DNA of 64,000 nt from an uncultured bacterium (GTDB lineage Bacteria > Actinomycetota > Geothermincolia > Geothermincolales > Geothermincolaceae): assembly GCA_963765625.1 (NCBI GenBank), contig CAVXXD010000005.1, positions 191,113-255,112 on the forward strand, in the 5' to 3' direction. This document shows, one piece after another, positions 17,234 through 25,430 of this stretch (position 1 is the stretch's first letter; the number at the start of each line of letters is the position of its first letter). Under the pieces are notes generated by a model. The model saw only the letters and a program-made list of their open reading frames with translations. It was not told the DNA's origin and made no database searches. The position numbers were made by a program, and so were the translations under genes.

Positions 17234-18460
17234 CTAGCTGCCGCCGGCGAACTGGCCGATGAGGGAGAAAATGGGCATGTAAAGGGAGATGACGATGGTT
17301 CCGACAACCCCTCCCAGGAGGACCATCATCAGGGGCTCCATCAGGGAGGTCAGAGACTCCACCGCTGCTTCGATCTCGGAGTCATAGAAGTCGGCGACCT
17401 TGTTGAGCATGGTATCCAACGCCCCGGTCTCTTCGCCGATGGCCAGCATCTGGGTGACCATGGGTGGGAACAGCGGGTTAGTTGCCAGCGGCTGTGCGAT
17501 GGACTCTCCCTCCTTGACGCCCATGCGAACGCTTTCGACGGCATCCGCGACCAGCCTGTTCCCGACGGTCTCGGAGGTGATCTCGAGGGCTTGCAGGATG
17601 GGTACGCCGGAAGAGACCAGGGTTCCCAGGGTACGGGAGAACCGGGACATGGCCATCTTGTGGAAGAGCGTGCCGAACACCGGCATTTTCAGCTTGAAAG
17701 CGTCCACTTTCCTTCTGCCGCTATCGGTTTTCTTCCATCTCCTGAAGAAATAGATGCTGAAGCCTACCACGAAGTAGAAGACCAGGCCGGCTAGGCTCTT
17801 GATGAAGTTGCTCAGGTTGATGATGAACTTGGTCAGTGCCGGCAGCGTCGCCCCCATCTGCTCGAACATGTTCACGAAGGTGGGGACCACCACTACCAGC
17901 ATGACTACCAGCAGATGCATGGAGATACCCAGCATGGCGATGGGGTAGGTCATGGCTGATTTTATTTTACGCCTGATGTTGTCTTCGTTCTCCAGGGTCA
18001 GGGCTACACGCAGCAGGACGTCGTCGAGCACGCCGCCGATCTCGCCGGCCTTGACCATGCTGGTATAAAGCTGTTTGAAGGTGTCGGGGTGCTTGCTCAT
18101 GGCCTCGGACAGGGAACGGCCCATCTCCACCTCGTGCTGGACATCCTGCACGACGCTGGCCAGTACCGGGCTGTCTGTCTGCTCGGCCAGAATGGCCAGG
18201 CATTTTACCAGCGGCAGGCCGGCATTGATCATGGTCGCGAACTGGCGGGTGAATACCGTTACGTCCTTGCCCTTGACCTTGGGCTTGAAGATGTGGAGTT
18301 CCTTCTTGCCCATGGCTGCCTTTTCCTTGTCTACCCCGATGACGAAGTAGCCCATCTGGCGCAGCCGCTGCGATACGTTGGCTTCGCTGTCCGCTTCCAG
18401 GGTGCCGGTTATGATCTTTCCCTGGCGGTCTCTCACCCTATAGGAATAAGTATCTGCCAT
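17234..18460 (-). CDS. pilC: Type IV pilus inner-membrane platform protein PilC (GspF family)
   Basis: 408 aa; two GspF-like repeats and TM segments. Confidence 0.9.
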   Translation of the reverse strand: MADTYSYRVRDRQGKIITGTLEADSEANVSQRLRQMGYFVIGVDKEKAAMGKKELHIFKPKVKGKDVTVFTRQFATMINAGLPLVKCLAILAEQTDSPVLASVVQDVQHEVEMGRSLSEAMSKHPDTFKQLYTSMVKAGEIGGVLDDVLLRVALTLENEDNIRRKIKSAMTYPIAMLGISMHLLVVMLVVVVPTFVNMFEQMGATLPALTKFIINLSNFIKSLAGLVFYFVVGFSIYFFRRWKKTDSGRRKVDAFKLKMPVFGTLFHKMAMSRFSRTLGTLVSSGVPILQALEITSETVGNRLVADAVESVRMGVKEGESIAQPLATNPLFPPMVTQMLAIGEETGALDTMLNKVADFYDSEIEAAVESLTSLMEPLMMVLLGGVVGTIVISLYMPIFSLIGQFAGGS

Positions 18461-18532
18461 GCGCCTTTACATCCCCTTTCAAACACATTTTAGATAGGTA
18501 ATCGGCCCTGGCGCAAAGGAACTTTAGTTAAC

Positions 18533-18561
18533 ATCTAAACCAATAATATCACTTTTGTCAA
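18533..18561 (-). promoter_or_regulatory. Putative promoter/operator upstream of pilC sharing the TAAACTATTGACAA..TGATATTA motif with the pilM-operon promoter
   Basis: Minus-strand TTGACA (plus 18556-18561) with a weak -10 (TTAGAT) 17 nt downstream; 14/14 identity to the motif at 15472-15485. Confidence 0.3.
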
Positions 18562-18614
18562 TAGTTTACAAAATCAACAGAATTTTCAGGGCCGCAACGG
18601 TTTCTTTGTTTATT

Positions 18615-19358
18615 CTAGTCACCTGCTTGATCTTCCTCCCCGGAAACAGGTTCAGCAATGGTTTTCCGCAATTCACTGATCCGGTCCTCCAGAAGATTGA
18701 TCTTGGTGACAACGAACTTCCTGGCGGCCTGGTCCAGCCCTTCACGCATCAAGGCCAAACGGTAGTAGTCCAGTTGCTCCCGCAGGGCAGCAATGGCTCC
18801 GGCCGGGTCTCCCAGGGCGTTGCTGGTCACGGCGATCCCGGCGGTCAGGTACATCATGTCCACGAATTCCAGCCGCTTGCCGATGGCTTCCCGGTAGGCC
18901 TCCCGGGCTTGTTGGTATTTTTCCTGCCTCATGTAGAGGTCGGCCAGGCTGGCGTAAAGATCGCCGTTGTCCGGGTTGTTGGCTATCCCCTCCAGGGTGA
19001 AATCTATGGCCTCCTGCTCGCTGCCGGCGTAGAAGATGGTCGCTCCGCCCACGTAATACGCGTCGATATAGTGGGGGTCGAGGTAGCTTATCAGCTTATA
19101 ATACGGGATCAGCTCGGATTCAGAGCTGAGGCTTTCATAATAGCCGTGATGGAGGCTTTCCGTCCTGATCCAGAGGACGTAGGCCAGGAACTGCCTGACA
19201 CCACCGAGAAAGTCCAGGTAGTTGACGCTGGCGGAAGCCCCCTCGCCGGCCCGGCTTTCCTCGCCGCCCAGGTCCGACCGCCCCAAAGCCACCTGTGCGA
19301 AAGAGCCCGCCAGGATAAGAGCGGCCAGGATGACGCAGAGAACAGCCCTCTTCCTCAA
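18615..19358 (-). CDS. Secreted TPR-repeat protein (PilG-like accessory partner of the ABC transporter?)
   Basis: 247 aa; signal peptide (MRKRAVLCVILAALILAGSFAQVALG), TPR-like Tyr/Ala-rich helical repeats; start overlaps the permease stop. Confidence 0.55.
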   Translation of the reverse strand: MRKRAVLCVILAALILAGSFAQVALGRSDLGGEESRAGEGASASVNYLDFLGGVRQFLAYVLWIRTESLHHGYYESLSSESELIPYYKLISYLDPHYIDAYYVGGATIFYAGSEQEAIDFTLEGIANNPDNGDLYASLADLYMRQEKYQQAREAYREAIGKRLEFVDMMYLTAGIAVTSNALGDPAGAIAALREQLDYYRLALMREGLDQAARKFVVTKINLLEDRISELRKTIAEPVSGEEDQAGD

Positions 19359-20140
19359 ATCTCCTTCCTCCGGAATATCTCTCCACCGATGAGGATGAAG
19401 ACGGTGGAGAAGACGGCTGCCAGGATGGCCAGCATGAGCATGTCCAGGGCGGTGACGGGGTAGGTCCTCTCCCCGTGCGCCACCGTCTCGTTTATGTTGA
19501 AGAAGCTCAGGTTGGGCAGGATGTAATAGAAGAGCCCGGCTATCCCCCGCAGCAGGAAGTTGTGGGCACCGTCGGCCATTATGTCGTGCAGGAACTCACC
19601 TTTCAGGTGGCAGACCACGTAGAAGGCGGTGGTCCCGAAGAAGGAGACCACCGGGCTGGCGAAGGTGGTCAGCATGAGGGTGAAGGCCGCCAGTATGGCC
19701 GACTCCATGTATATGGCCAGCACTGCTTTGTACAGCCCGGGGTTGAAGACGTTGAACTTGAGATAGATAAAAGCCACCGCCACCAGCCAGGAGAAGGCCA
19801 GGGTGACCGCCATCACCAGCATCACCCCGGTATAACGGCCAGTGTAATACGTCCAGCGGGAGATCGGCTTGGAGAGGATGTAGTAGACGGCCCGCCGCTC
19901 GACTTCCACGGAGATGGCCATTGCCGCCAGGACCACGGTCAGCACCAGGGACATCAGGGAGATGAGGCCGAGGAAGCCGTCGCGCATGAGGTCTATCTGC
20001 ACGCCCACCCGCGCGCTGGGCAGGACCGGCACCATCAGGACCAGTATCAGGGTAATGGCCACCAGCGCATAATAGAGCTTGCGGTGTACGGCATCTTCGA
20101 TGACGCTGCGCACGATGGCGGTGAAAGCCCGGAGCCTCAT
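19355..20140 (-). CDS. ABC-2 type transporter permease (PilI-like)
   Basis: 262 aa from ATG 20140 (MRLRAFTAIV...), ATGA overlap with the ATPase stop; 6 TM; the ORF-track 364-aa N-terminal extension is rejected. Confidence 0.7.
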   Translation of the reverse strand: MRLRAFTAIVRSVIEDAVHRKLYYALVAITLILVLMVPVLPSARVGVQIDLMRDGFLGLISLMSLVLTVVLAAMAISVEVERRAVYYILSKPISRWTYYTGRYTGVMLVMAVTLAFSWLVAVAFIYLKFNVFNPGLYKAVLAIYMESAILAAFTLMLTTFASPVVSFFGTTAFYVVCHLKGEFLHDIMADGAHNFLLRGIAGLFYYILPNLSFFNINETVAHGERTYPVTALDMLMLAILAAVFSTVFILIGGEIFRRKEI

Positions 20141-21066
20141 TCCCTTTCCCTCCTGCTGCTGACGTGCGCCAGAAAATACTCCTCCAGGGTGATCCTTCGA
20201 GGCTTGACCTCGAGGATGCGCGCCGGCTTCGTCGACAGTTCCCGCAGGAATAGATCGAGATTGGGGCGGGGCACGATGAACCCGGGAGCGCCTTCCGTCT
20301 TCCTGGCCCCCAGCAGCTCGAGCTTTTCTGCCTCCAGTTCTTCTTCTCCATCCAGGGTGACCTGATAAGTCTCCTCCCGGCCCAGCAGGTCGGATATGGA
20401 GCCCTGGGCCACCTCCCTGCCCCGGTCGATGATGCAGAGGTGGTCGCATATCTCTTCCACTTCGGAGAGCTGGTGGGAGCTTAAAAGAATGGTGGTCCCC
20501 TGCTCACTGGTATCCTGCAGGATCTTCCGGACCTCCATCTTTCCCAGGGGATCAAGCCCGGTGGAGGGTTCATCCAGGATCAGCAGCGAGGGCTGGTTTA
20601 ACAGCGCCTGGGCGATGCCCAGCCTCTGCAGCATACCTTTGGAGAAACGGCTGAGTGCCAGGTCGCGCTCCCTGGAAAGCCCTACTAGAGACAGTAGGTG
20701 GGAGACACGCACGTCAATCTCGGGATCCGGCATGTACATCAGCCTGCCCAGGTAGCGCAGGATACGGTTGGGCGTCAGGTAATAATAGAAATACGGCTGT
20801 TCCGGCAGGAACCCCATGCGCTGCCGCGCCCGGGGCTCGCGCCAGTCGTCCCCGAAGATGCGCACCTCCCCTTCGTCTGGAACGAGGAAGTCCATGATTA
20901 TCTTGAGGGTGGTGGTTTTACCCGCTCCGTTGGGGCCCAGCAAGCCCATCACCTTTCCGGCAGGCAGAGTGAAGCTCAGCCCGTTCAAGGCCTGACGGCG
21001 CTCCTTGTGAAAACCTATGCGATAGCTCTTGCCCAGGCTCTTGACGTCAAGTGCCACATCGGACAT
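20137..21066 (-). CDS. ABC transporter ATP-binding protein (PilH-like)
   Basis: 309 aa; Walker A GPNGAGKTT, ABC signature, Walker B ILDEP. Confidence 0.88.
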   Translation of the reverse strand: MSDVALDVKSLGKSYRIGFHKERRQALNGLSFTLPAGKVMGLLGPNGAGKTTTLKIIMDFLVPDEGEVRIFGDDWREPRARQRMGFLPEQPYFYYYLTPNRILRYLGRLMYMPDPEIDVRVSHLLSLVGLSRERDLALSRFSKGMLQRLGIAQALLNQPSLLILDEPSTGLDPLGKMEVRKILQDTSEQGTTILLSSHQLSEVEEICDHLCIIDRGREVAQGSISDLLGREETYQVTLDGEEELEAEKLELLGARKTEGAPGFIVPRPNLDLFLRELSTKPARILEVKPRRITLEEYFLAHVSSRRERE

Positions 21067-21083
21067 CCAGGTTTGCCTCCCGA

Positions 21084-22208
21084 TCAGCCGATCAGACGTT
21101 GCATCTCGTCACGGTTGGCGCAGCGGGCCATGGCTACCTCGAAAGATACGATGCCGTTCTTGTAGAGAGCGGCGATAGAGTGGTCCATAGTCTGCATGCG
21201 ATATTGTCCGCCCGCCTGCATGGCTGAGTAGATCTGGTGGGTTTTGCCTTCCCGGATCATGTTGCGGATGGCCGAGGTGGCGATCATGATCTCCACCGCC
21301 GGAACCCGGCCCTTGCCGTCACGTGTAGGCAGGAGCTGCTGGGTGATGATGGCCTGCGTCGTGCCCGCGAGCTGGATGCGCACTTGCGCTTGCTGGTAGG
21401 TGGGGAAGACGTCGATGATGCGGTCGATGGTCTGGGGGGCATCCTGGGTATGCAGGGTGGCGAATACCAGGTGGCCGGTTTCCGCCGAGGTTAAAGCGGT
21501 GGATATGGTTTCCAGGTCTCGCATCTCACCCACCAGGATAACATCGGGGTCCTGGCGCAATACATACTTCAAGGCATTGCCGAAAGAATGGGTGTCCGCG
21601 CCGACTTCGCGCTGGTTGATGATGCAGCGTTTGTGAACGTGGAGGAACTCGATAGGGTCCTCGACGGTGATGATGTGGTCGTTGCGGGTCTCGTTGATCA
21701 GGTCGATAATGGCGGCCAGCGTGGTGGATTTGCCCTGGCCGGTGGGCCCCGTGACCAGGACGAAACCGCGTGGCAACTGGGTGAGGTCCTTGATTACCGG
21801 AGGCATGTTTAGCTCCTCCACCGTCTTGATGCGATAAGGGATGATGCGGAAGGCGGCGCCCAGGCTGTTTCTCTGGAAGTAGGCGTTGACCCTGAACCGG
21901 GCGCTGCCCGGCACCGAGTAGGAGAGGTCGTATTCCAGGTTGGCTTCCAGCTGCTCCCTCTGGCGGGCCGTGAGGATGCTGTAGATCATGTCCCGCGTGT
22001 CGTTGCCGGTAAGCCTGGGGTACTCCTCGATCCGCTGCAGTACGCCGTTGATGCGCATGACCGGTGGTGCTCCCACGGTTATGTGTAGGTCGGAAGCCCC
22101 ACGGACCAGGACTTCTTCCAGCATTTCGTTGATATCGATCTTCTTCTTGGTCGTGGTCAATTCAAAAACCTCCCTTATCCGGCAAGCCGCCTCGAAGACA
22201 TTCGACAA
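21084..22208 (-). CDS. pilT: Twitching motility / pilus retraction ATPase PilT
   Basis: 374 aa; ASDLHI, Walker A GPTGQGKSTT, PilT family motifs. Start could instead be the internal MLEEVL... Confidence 0.9.
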   Translation of the reverse strand: MSNVFEAACRIREVFELTTTKKKIDINEMLEEVLVRGASDLHITVGAPPVMRINGVLQRIEEYPRLTGNDTRDMIYSILTARQREQLEANLEYDLSYSVPGSARFRVNAYFQRNSLGAAFRIIPYRIKTVEELNMPPVIKDLTQLPRGFVLVTGPTGQGKSTTLAAIIDLINETRNDHIITVEDPIEFLHVHKRCIINQREVGADTHSFGNALKYVLRQDPDVILVGEMRDLETISTALTSAETGHLVFATLHTQDAPQTIDRIIDVFPTYQQAQVRIQLAGTTQAIITQQLLPTRDGKGRVPAVEIMIATSAIRNMIREGKTHQIYSAMQAGGQYRMQTMDHSIAALYKNGIVSFEVAMARCANRDEMQRLIG

Positions 22209-22251
22209 TCCGTAGAAATATTATAAACCAATCTCCCTCGTAAAGCATGGG

Positions 22252-23910
22252 CTACATAACAACCCTCAACACTTCATCCAGTGAAGTCACGCCCTGCAGC
22301 ACCTTGGCAAAACCGTCCTCTCTCAGGGTTACCATTCCCTCGGCTTTCGCCAGTTTGGCGATCTCGATATGCGGAGCGTTCTTGGCCACCAGTTTCTCGA
22401 TCTCCTCGCTGACCCTCAATATCTCGTAGACTCCGACCCGCCCCTTGAACCCGGTATTGTTGCAGGCTGCGCAACCGACCGGTTTATAGAGCGTCATTTT
22501 TTCCTGTATGGGAAACCTGATCTCCTGGAGGTATTTCTCCTCCGGCTCGATGGGCTCCTTGCAGCGCTCGCATAACCTGCGGGTAAGACGCTGAGAGGTG
22601 ATGCAATCGATGGCTGAGGCGATGAGGAAAGGTTCGATGCCCATCTCCAGCAGGCGGGTCAGGGCGCTGGGGGCATCATTGGTGTGCAGGGTAGCCAGCA
22701 CCAGGTGCCCGGTGAGGGCCGACTCGATGGCGATCTGGGCCGATTCCTGGTCACGGATCTCACCAACCAGGATGATGTCGGGGTCACAGCGGAGGAAAGA
22801 GCGCAGGGCTCCCGCGAAGGTCAGCCCGGCCTGGTAATGCACCTGCACCTGGTTGATAAGGGGAAGCCGGTACTCCACCGGGTCCTCCACCGTCATGATG
22901 TTCTTGGCGATATCGTTCAGGACGTTAAGGGTGGCGTACAGGGTGGTGGTCTTGCCGCTGCCCGTAGGCCCGGTGACCATGATGGCGCCATAGGGCTTGG
23001 TAAAGCTTTCCTTGAAGTTGTCGAGAGATTCGGGCGTAAAGCCCAGGTCCGACAGGGTCAACAGCGCATTGCTCTTGTCCAGGATGCGCAGCACCACTTT
23101 CTCGCCGTGGATGGTGGGGAGAGACGCGACACGGATATCCACGGGCTTCCCCAGCACGTCCATGGCGGCCCTGCCGTCCTGGGGCAGTCGCTTCTCGGCG
23201 ATGTTCATGTCCGCCATGACCTTGATCCTGGCAACCACGCCCGGCTGGAGCTTCTTGGGAGAACGCCTGATCTGGTGGAGCACGCCGTCTATGCGGTAGC
23301 GGATACGTACGTCGTCCTCCATGGGCTCGATGTGGATGTCGCTGGCCCTTTCCCGAACGCCCTCGCTGATCAGCAGGTTCACGTACTTGACGATCGGGGC
23401 CTCAGCCGCCGCGTCGTCGCTCTCGTCGATATCTTCGATGTCGTCATCAAGCTCGCTCAGGTCGATGTTGGTATCGGTTCGGCAGAATCGATTGATGGCG
23501 CCGATGATGTCGTCCTTGGTGCTGACGGCAGGCTCGACTTCCAGGCCGGTCATGATACGTATGTCGTCCAGGGCAAAGACGTTGGTGGGGTCGGCCATGG
23601 CCACCAGCAGCTTGCCGTCCTCTATGGAGATGGGGATTATGTTGTATTTGCGGGCCGTCTCGGCGTCCACCAGGGACGTGGCGGCGATGTCCACCTGGTA
23701 ACTGCTGAGGTCGACGTACTTCATGCCGATCTGCTGTGCCAGGATGGCGGTGAGTGCCCCTTCGCTGACTATCTTCAGCTCTATGAGTACGCGGCCCAGA
23801 GACTTGCCGCTGGCTTGCTGCTTCTCCAGCGCTTCGGCCAGCTGGTCTTCGTTTATGATCTGGTTCTGAAGCAGGATCTGTCCGAGTTTGTCCTGTTTAG
23901 GCTTTTCCAT
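22252..23910 (-). CDS. pilB: Type IV pilus assembly ATPase PilB (GspE family, N-terminal GSPII domain)
   Basis: 552 aa; N-terminal GSPII-type domain, Walker A GPTGSGKTTT, tetracysteine motif. Confidence 0.92.
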   Translation of the reverse strand: MEKPKQDKLGQILLQNQIINEDQLAEALEKQQASGKSLGRVLIELKIVSEGALTAILAQQIGMKYVDLSSYQVDIAATSLVDAETARKYNIIPISIEDGKLLVAMADPTNVFALDDIRIMTGLEVEPAVSTKDDIIGAINRFCRTDTNIDLSELDDDIEDIDESDDAAAEAPIVKYVNLLISEGVRERASDIHIEPMEDDVRIRYRIDGVLHQIRRSPKKLQPGVVARIKVMADMNIAEKRLPQDGRAAMDVLGKPVDIRVASLPTIHGEKVVLRILDKSNALLTLSDLGFTPESLDNFKESFTKPYGAIMVTGPTGSGKTTTLYATLNVLNDIAKNIMTVEDPVEYRLPLINQVQVHYQAGLTFAGALRSFLRCDPDIILVGEIRDQESAQIAIESALTGHLVLATLHTNDAPSALTRLLEMGIEPFLIASAIDCITSQRLTRRLCERCKEPIEPEEKYLQEIRFPIQEKMTLYKPVGCAACNNTGFKGRVGVYEILRVSEEIEKLVAKNAPHIEIAKLAKAEGMVTLREDGFAKVLQGVTSLDEVLRVVM

Positions 23911-24784
23911 CCCGTCCTCCCGCGCACAACCTTCCGCTCATCAATTCCTCCTCGAGGGCACGACGCATCTTGGCCAGGGGCGGCTCTGTCCCCGTCCATA
24001 TGCGGAAAGATCCCGCCGCCTGGTACAGGAGCATGGGGCGGCCGTTCACGGCCATCGCCCCCCTCTTCTCGGCCTCCCGCAAGAAGGCCGAGCGGTGCGC
24101 CAGGTAGCCCAGGTCCAGTGCTACCTGCCCCGGAGTGAACATGCCGTAGTCGACGGGCAGTTCACCCGGTACGTCCCGATCAAGGGGAGTGGAGTTCACT
24201 ATACAGGAGCATTCCCGCAATACGCGAGCTCCAGCTTCCTCATATTCCTGGATGTATATTTCGTCAAAGATGCCTTTACTCTTTAAGATTCCTCGCAATT
24301 CCTCCGCCCTTTCCCTGCTGCGGTTGAAAATATGGAGCGAGTCGGCCCCCATTCGGGATAGCGCCAGGGCGGCCGCCCTGGCCGCTCCGCCCGCGCCGAT
24401 CAGGAACGCCGGCCCCGCCGGGTCGGCCCCTGCTTCCCGCAGAGAGCGCAGGAGGCCTTCGGCGTCGGTGTTGTAACCGATCATCATGTCCCCCTCGTAA
24501 CTGACGGTGTTCACTGCGCCCAGGACCAGGGCGTCATCTCTCACCTCGTCCACCAGCCCACAGGCTTCCACCTTATGGGGGATGGTTACGTTCAAGCCGC
24601 GGAAGCCGGAGGAGCGCAACCCCTCAAGCGCCGGCTTCAGACAACCCGGCTCCACCCTGAGGGGCAGGTAGGCCCAGTTCAGGCCGAGAGCCTCGAAGGC
24701 GGCATTGTGCATGGCGGGAGAAGGCGATCTGCCGATATCCCCGCCCACCAGGCCCGTCAGAACCGTCTGTCCGTCTATCCTCAT
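23897..24784 (-). CDS. aroE: Shikimate dehydrogenase
   Basis: ~295 aa from ATG 24784 (MRIDGQTVLTGLVGGDIGRSPSPAMHN...). The ORF-track 363-aa form overlaps the GTPase gene and is rejected. NADP-binding GAGGAARA. Confidence 0.8.
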   Translation of the reverse strand: MRIDGQTVLTGLVGGDIGRSPSPAMHNAAFEALGLNWAYLPLRVEPGCLKPALEGLRSSGFRGLNVTIPHKVEACGLVDEVRDDALVLGAVNTVSYEGDMMIGYNTDAEGLLRSLREAGADPAGPAFLIGAGGAARAAALALSRMGADSLHIFNRSRERAEELRGILKSKGIFDEIYIQEYEEAGARVLRECSCIVNSTPLDRDVPGELPVDYGMFTPGQVALDLGYLAHRSAFLREAEKRGAMAVNGRPMLLYQAAGSFRIWTGTEPPLAKMRRALEEELMSGRLCAGGRDGKA

Positions 24785-24884
24785 GTGGTACTCCGGGTTC
24801 CTTTCTTTCCTTTGATTATACTCTCCGAGCACAGCCCGGCAGACCGGAGAAATAGCGGTCACGGTACGAGATTTTCCGGAGGTC

Positions 24885-25418
24885 TTACTTGTCGAGGGTC
24901 TTGAGGATGTCGTACAGCAGGCCAAGGAGGACCTTCTTGACGTCTTCCTTTTCCTTGGCATCGCAGGCGATGATCTGGATCTCTCCATCCATGTTCAGTT
25001 CCTTGCGGATCTTCTCGATGATGGAGTCCTTGTCGTTCTCGGGAATGCTCCTGGCCCCGATCACGTATGGGGTATCGGACAGTGTGGCAAAGAACTCCAG
25101 GATGCGCCGGGCTTCCGCGAAGGTCTCGTCCCTGCTGGCATCGACCATGATGATGTAACCCAGCATGCCTTCGGAGAGGATCTGCCACATGAAATCGAAA
25201 CGCTCCTGTCCTGGAGTTCCGAAGAGGTACAGGACGATGTCCTTGGATATGGTGATGCGGCCGAAGTCCATGGCCACGGTGGTTTCCTGTTTTACGGAAC
25301 GGGTATGGTCGGATATCGACCTCTCAGTGGAGACTATGGCGATCTCCGAGATGGTCTTGATGAATGTCGTCTTACCGGCACTGAAGGGACCGGTCACAAC
25401 GATCTTGAATGAACGCAA
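24885..25418 (-). CDS. Small Ras-like GTPase of the roadblock-associated MglA/CvnD (conservon GTPase) family
   Basis: 177 aa; G1 GPFSAGKTTF, TVAMDFGRI, G3 LYLFGTPGQERF; close match to Streptomyces CvnD-type GTP-binding proteins. Confidence 0.8.
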   Translation of the reverse strand: MRSFKIVVTGPFSAGKTTFIKTISEIAIVSTERSISDHTRSVKQETTVAMDFGRITISKDIVLYLFGTPGQERFDFMWQILSEGMLGYIIMVDASRDETFAEARRILEFFATLSDTPYVIGARSIPENDKDSIIEKIRKELNMDGEIQIIACDAKEKEDVKKVLLGLLYDILKTLDK

Positions 25419-25430
25419 TTACCCTACTCC

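Noticed and set aside
24785-24884. Possible internal promoter (TATAAT) and small inverted repeat (CCGG-TCTG-CCGG) between the GTPase gene and aroE
   Set aside because: No acceptable -35 element at 16-18 nt spacing and the hairpin is only 4 bp; treated as an ordinary intergenic spacer within an operon.
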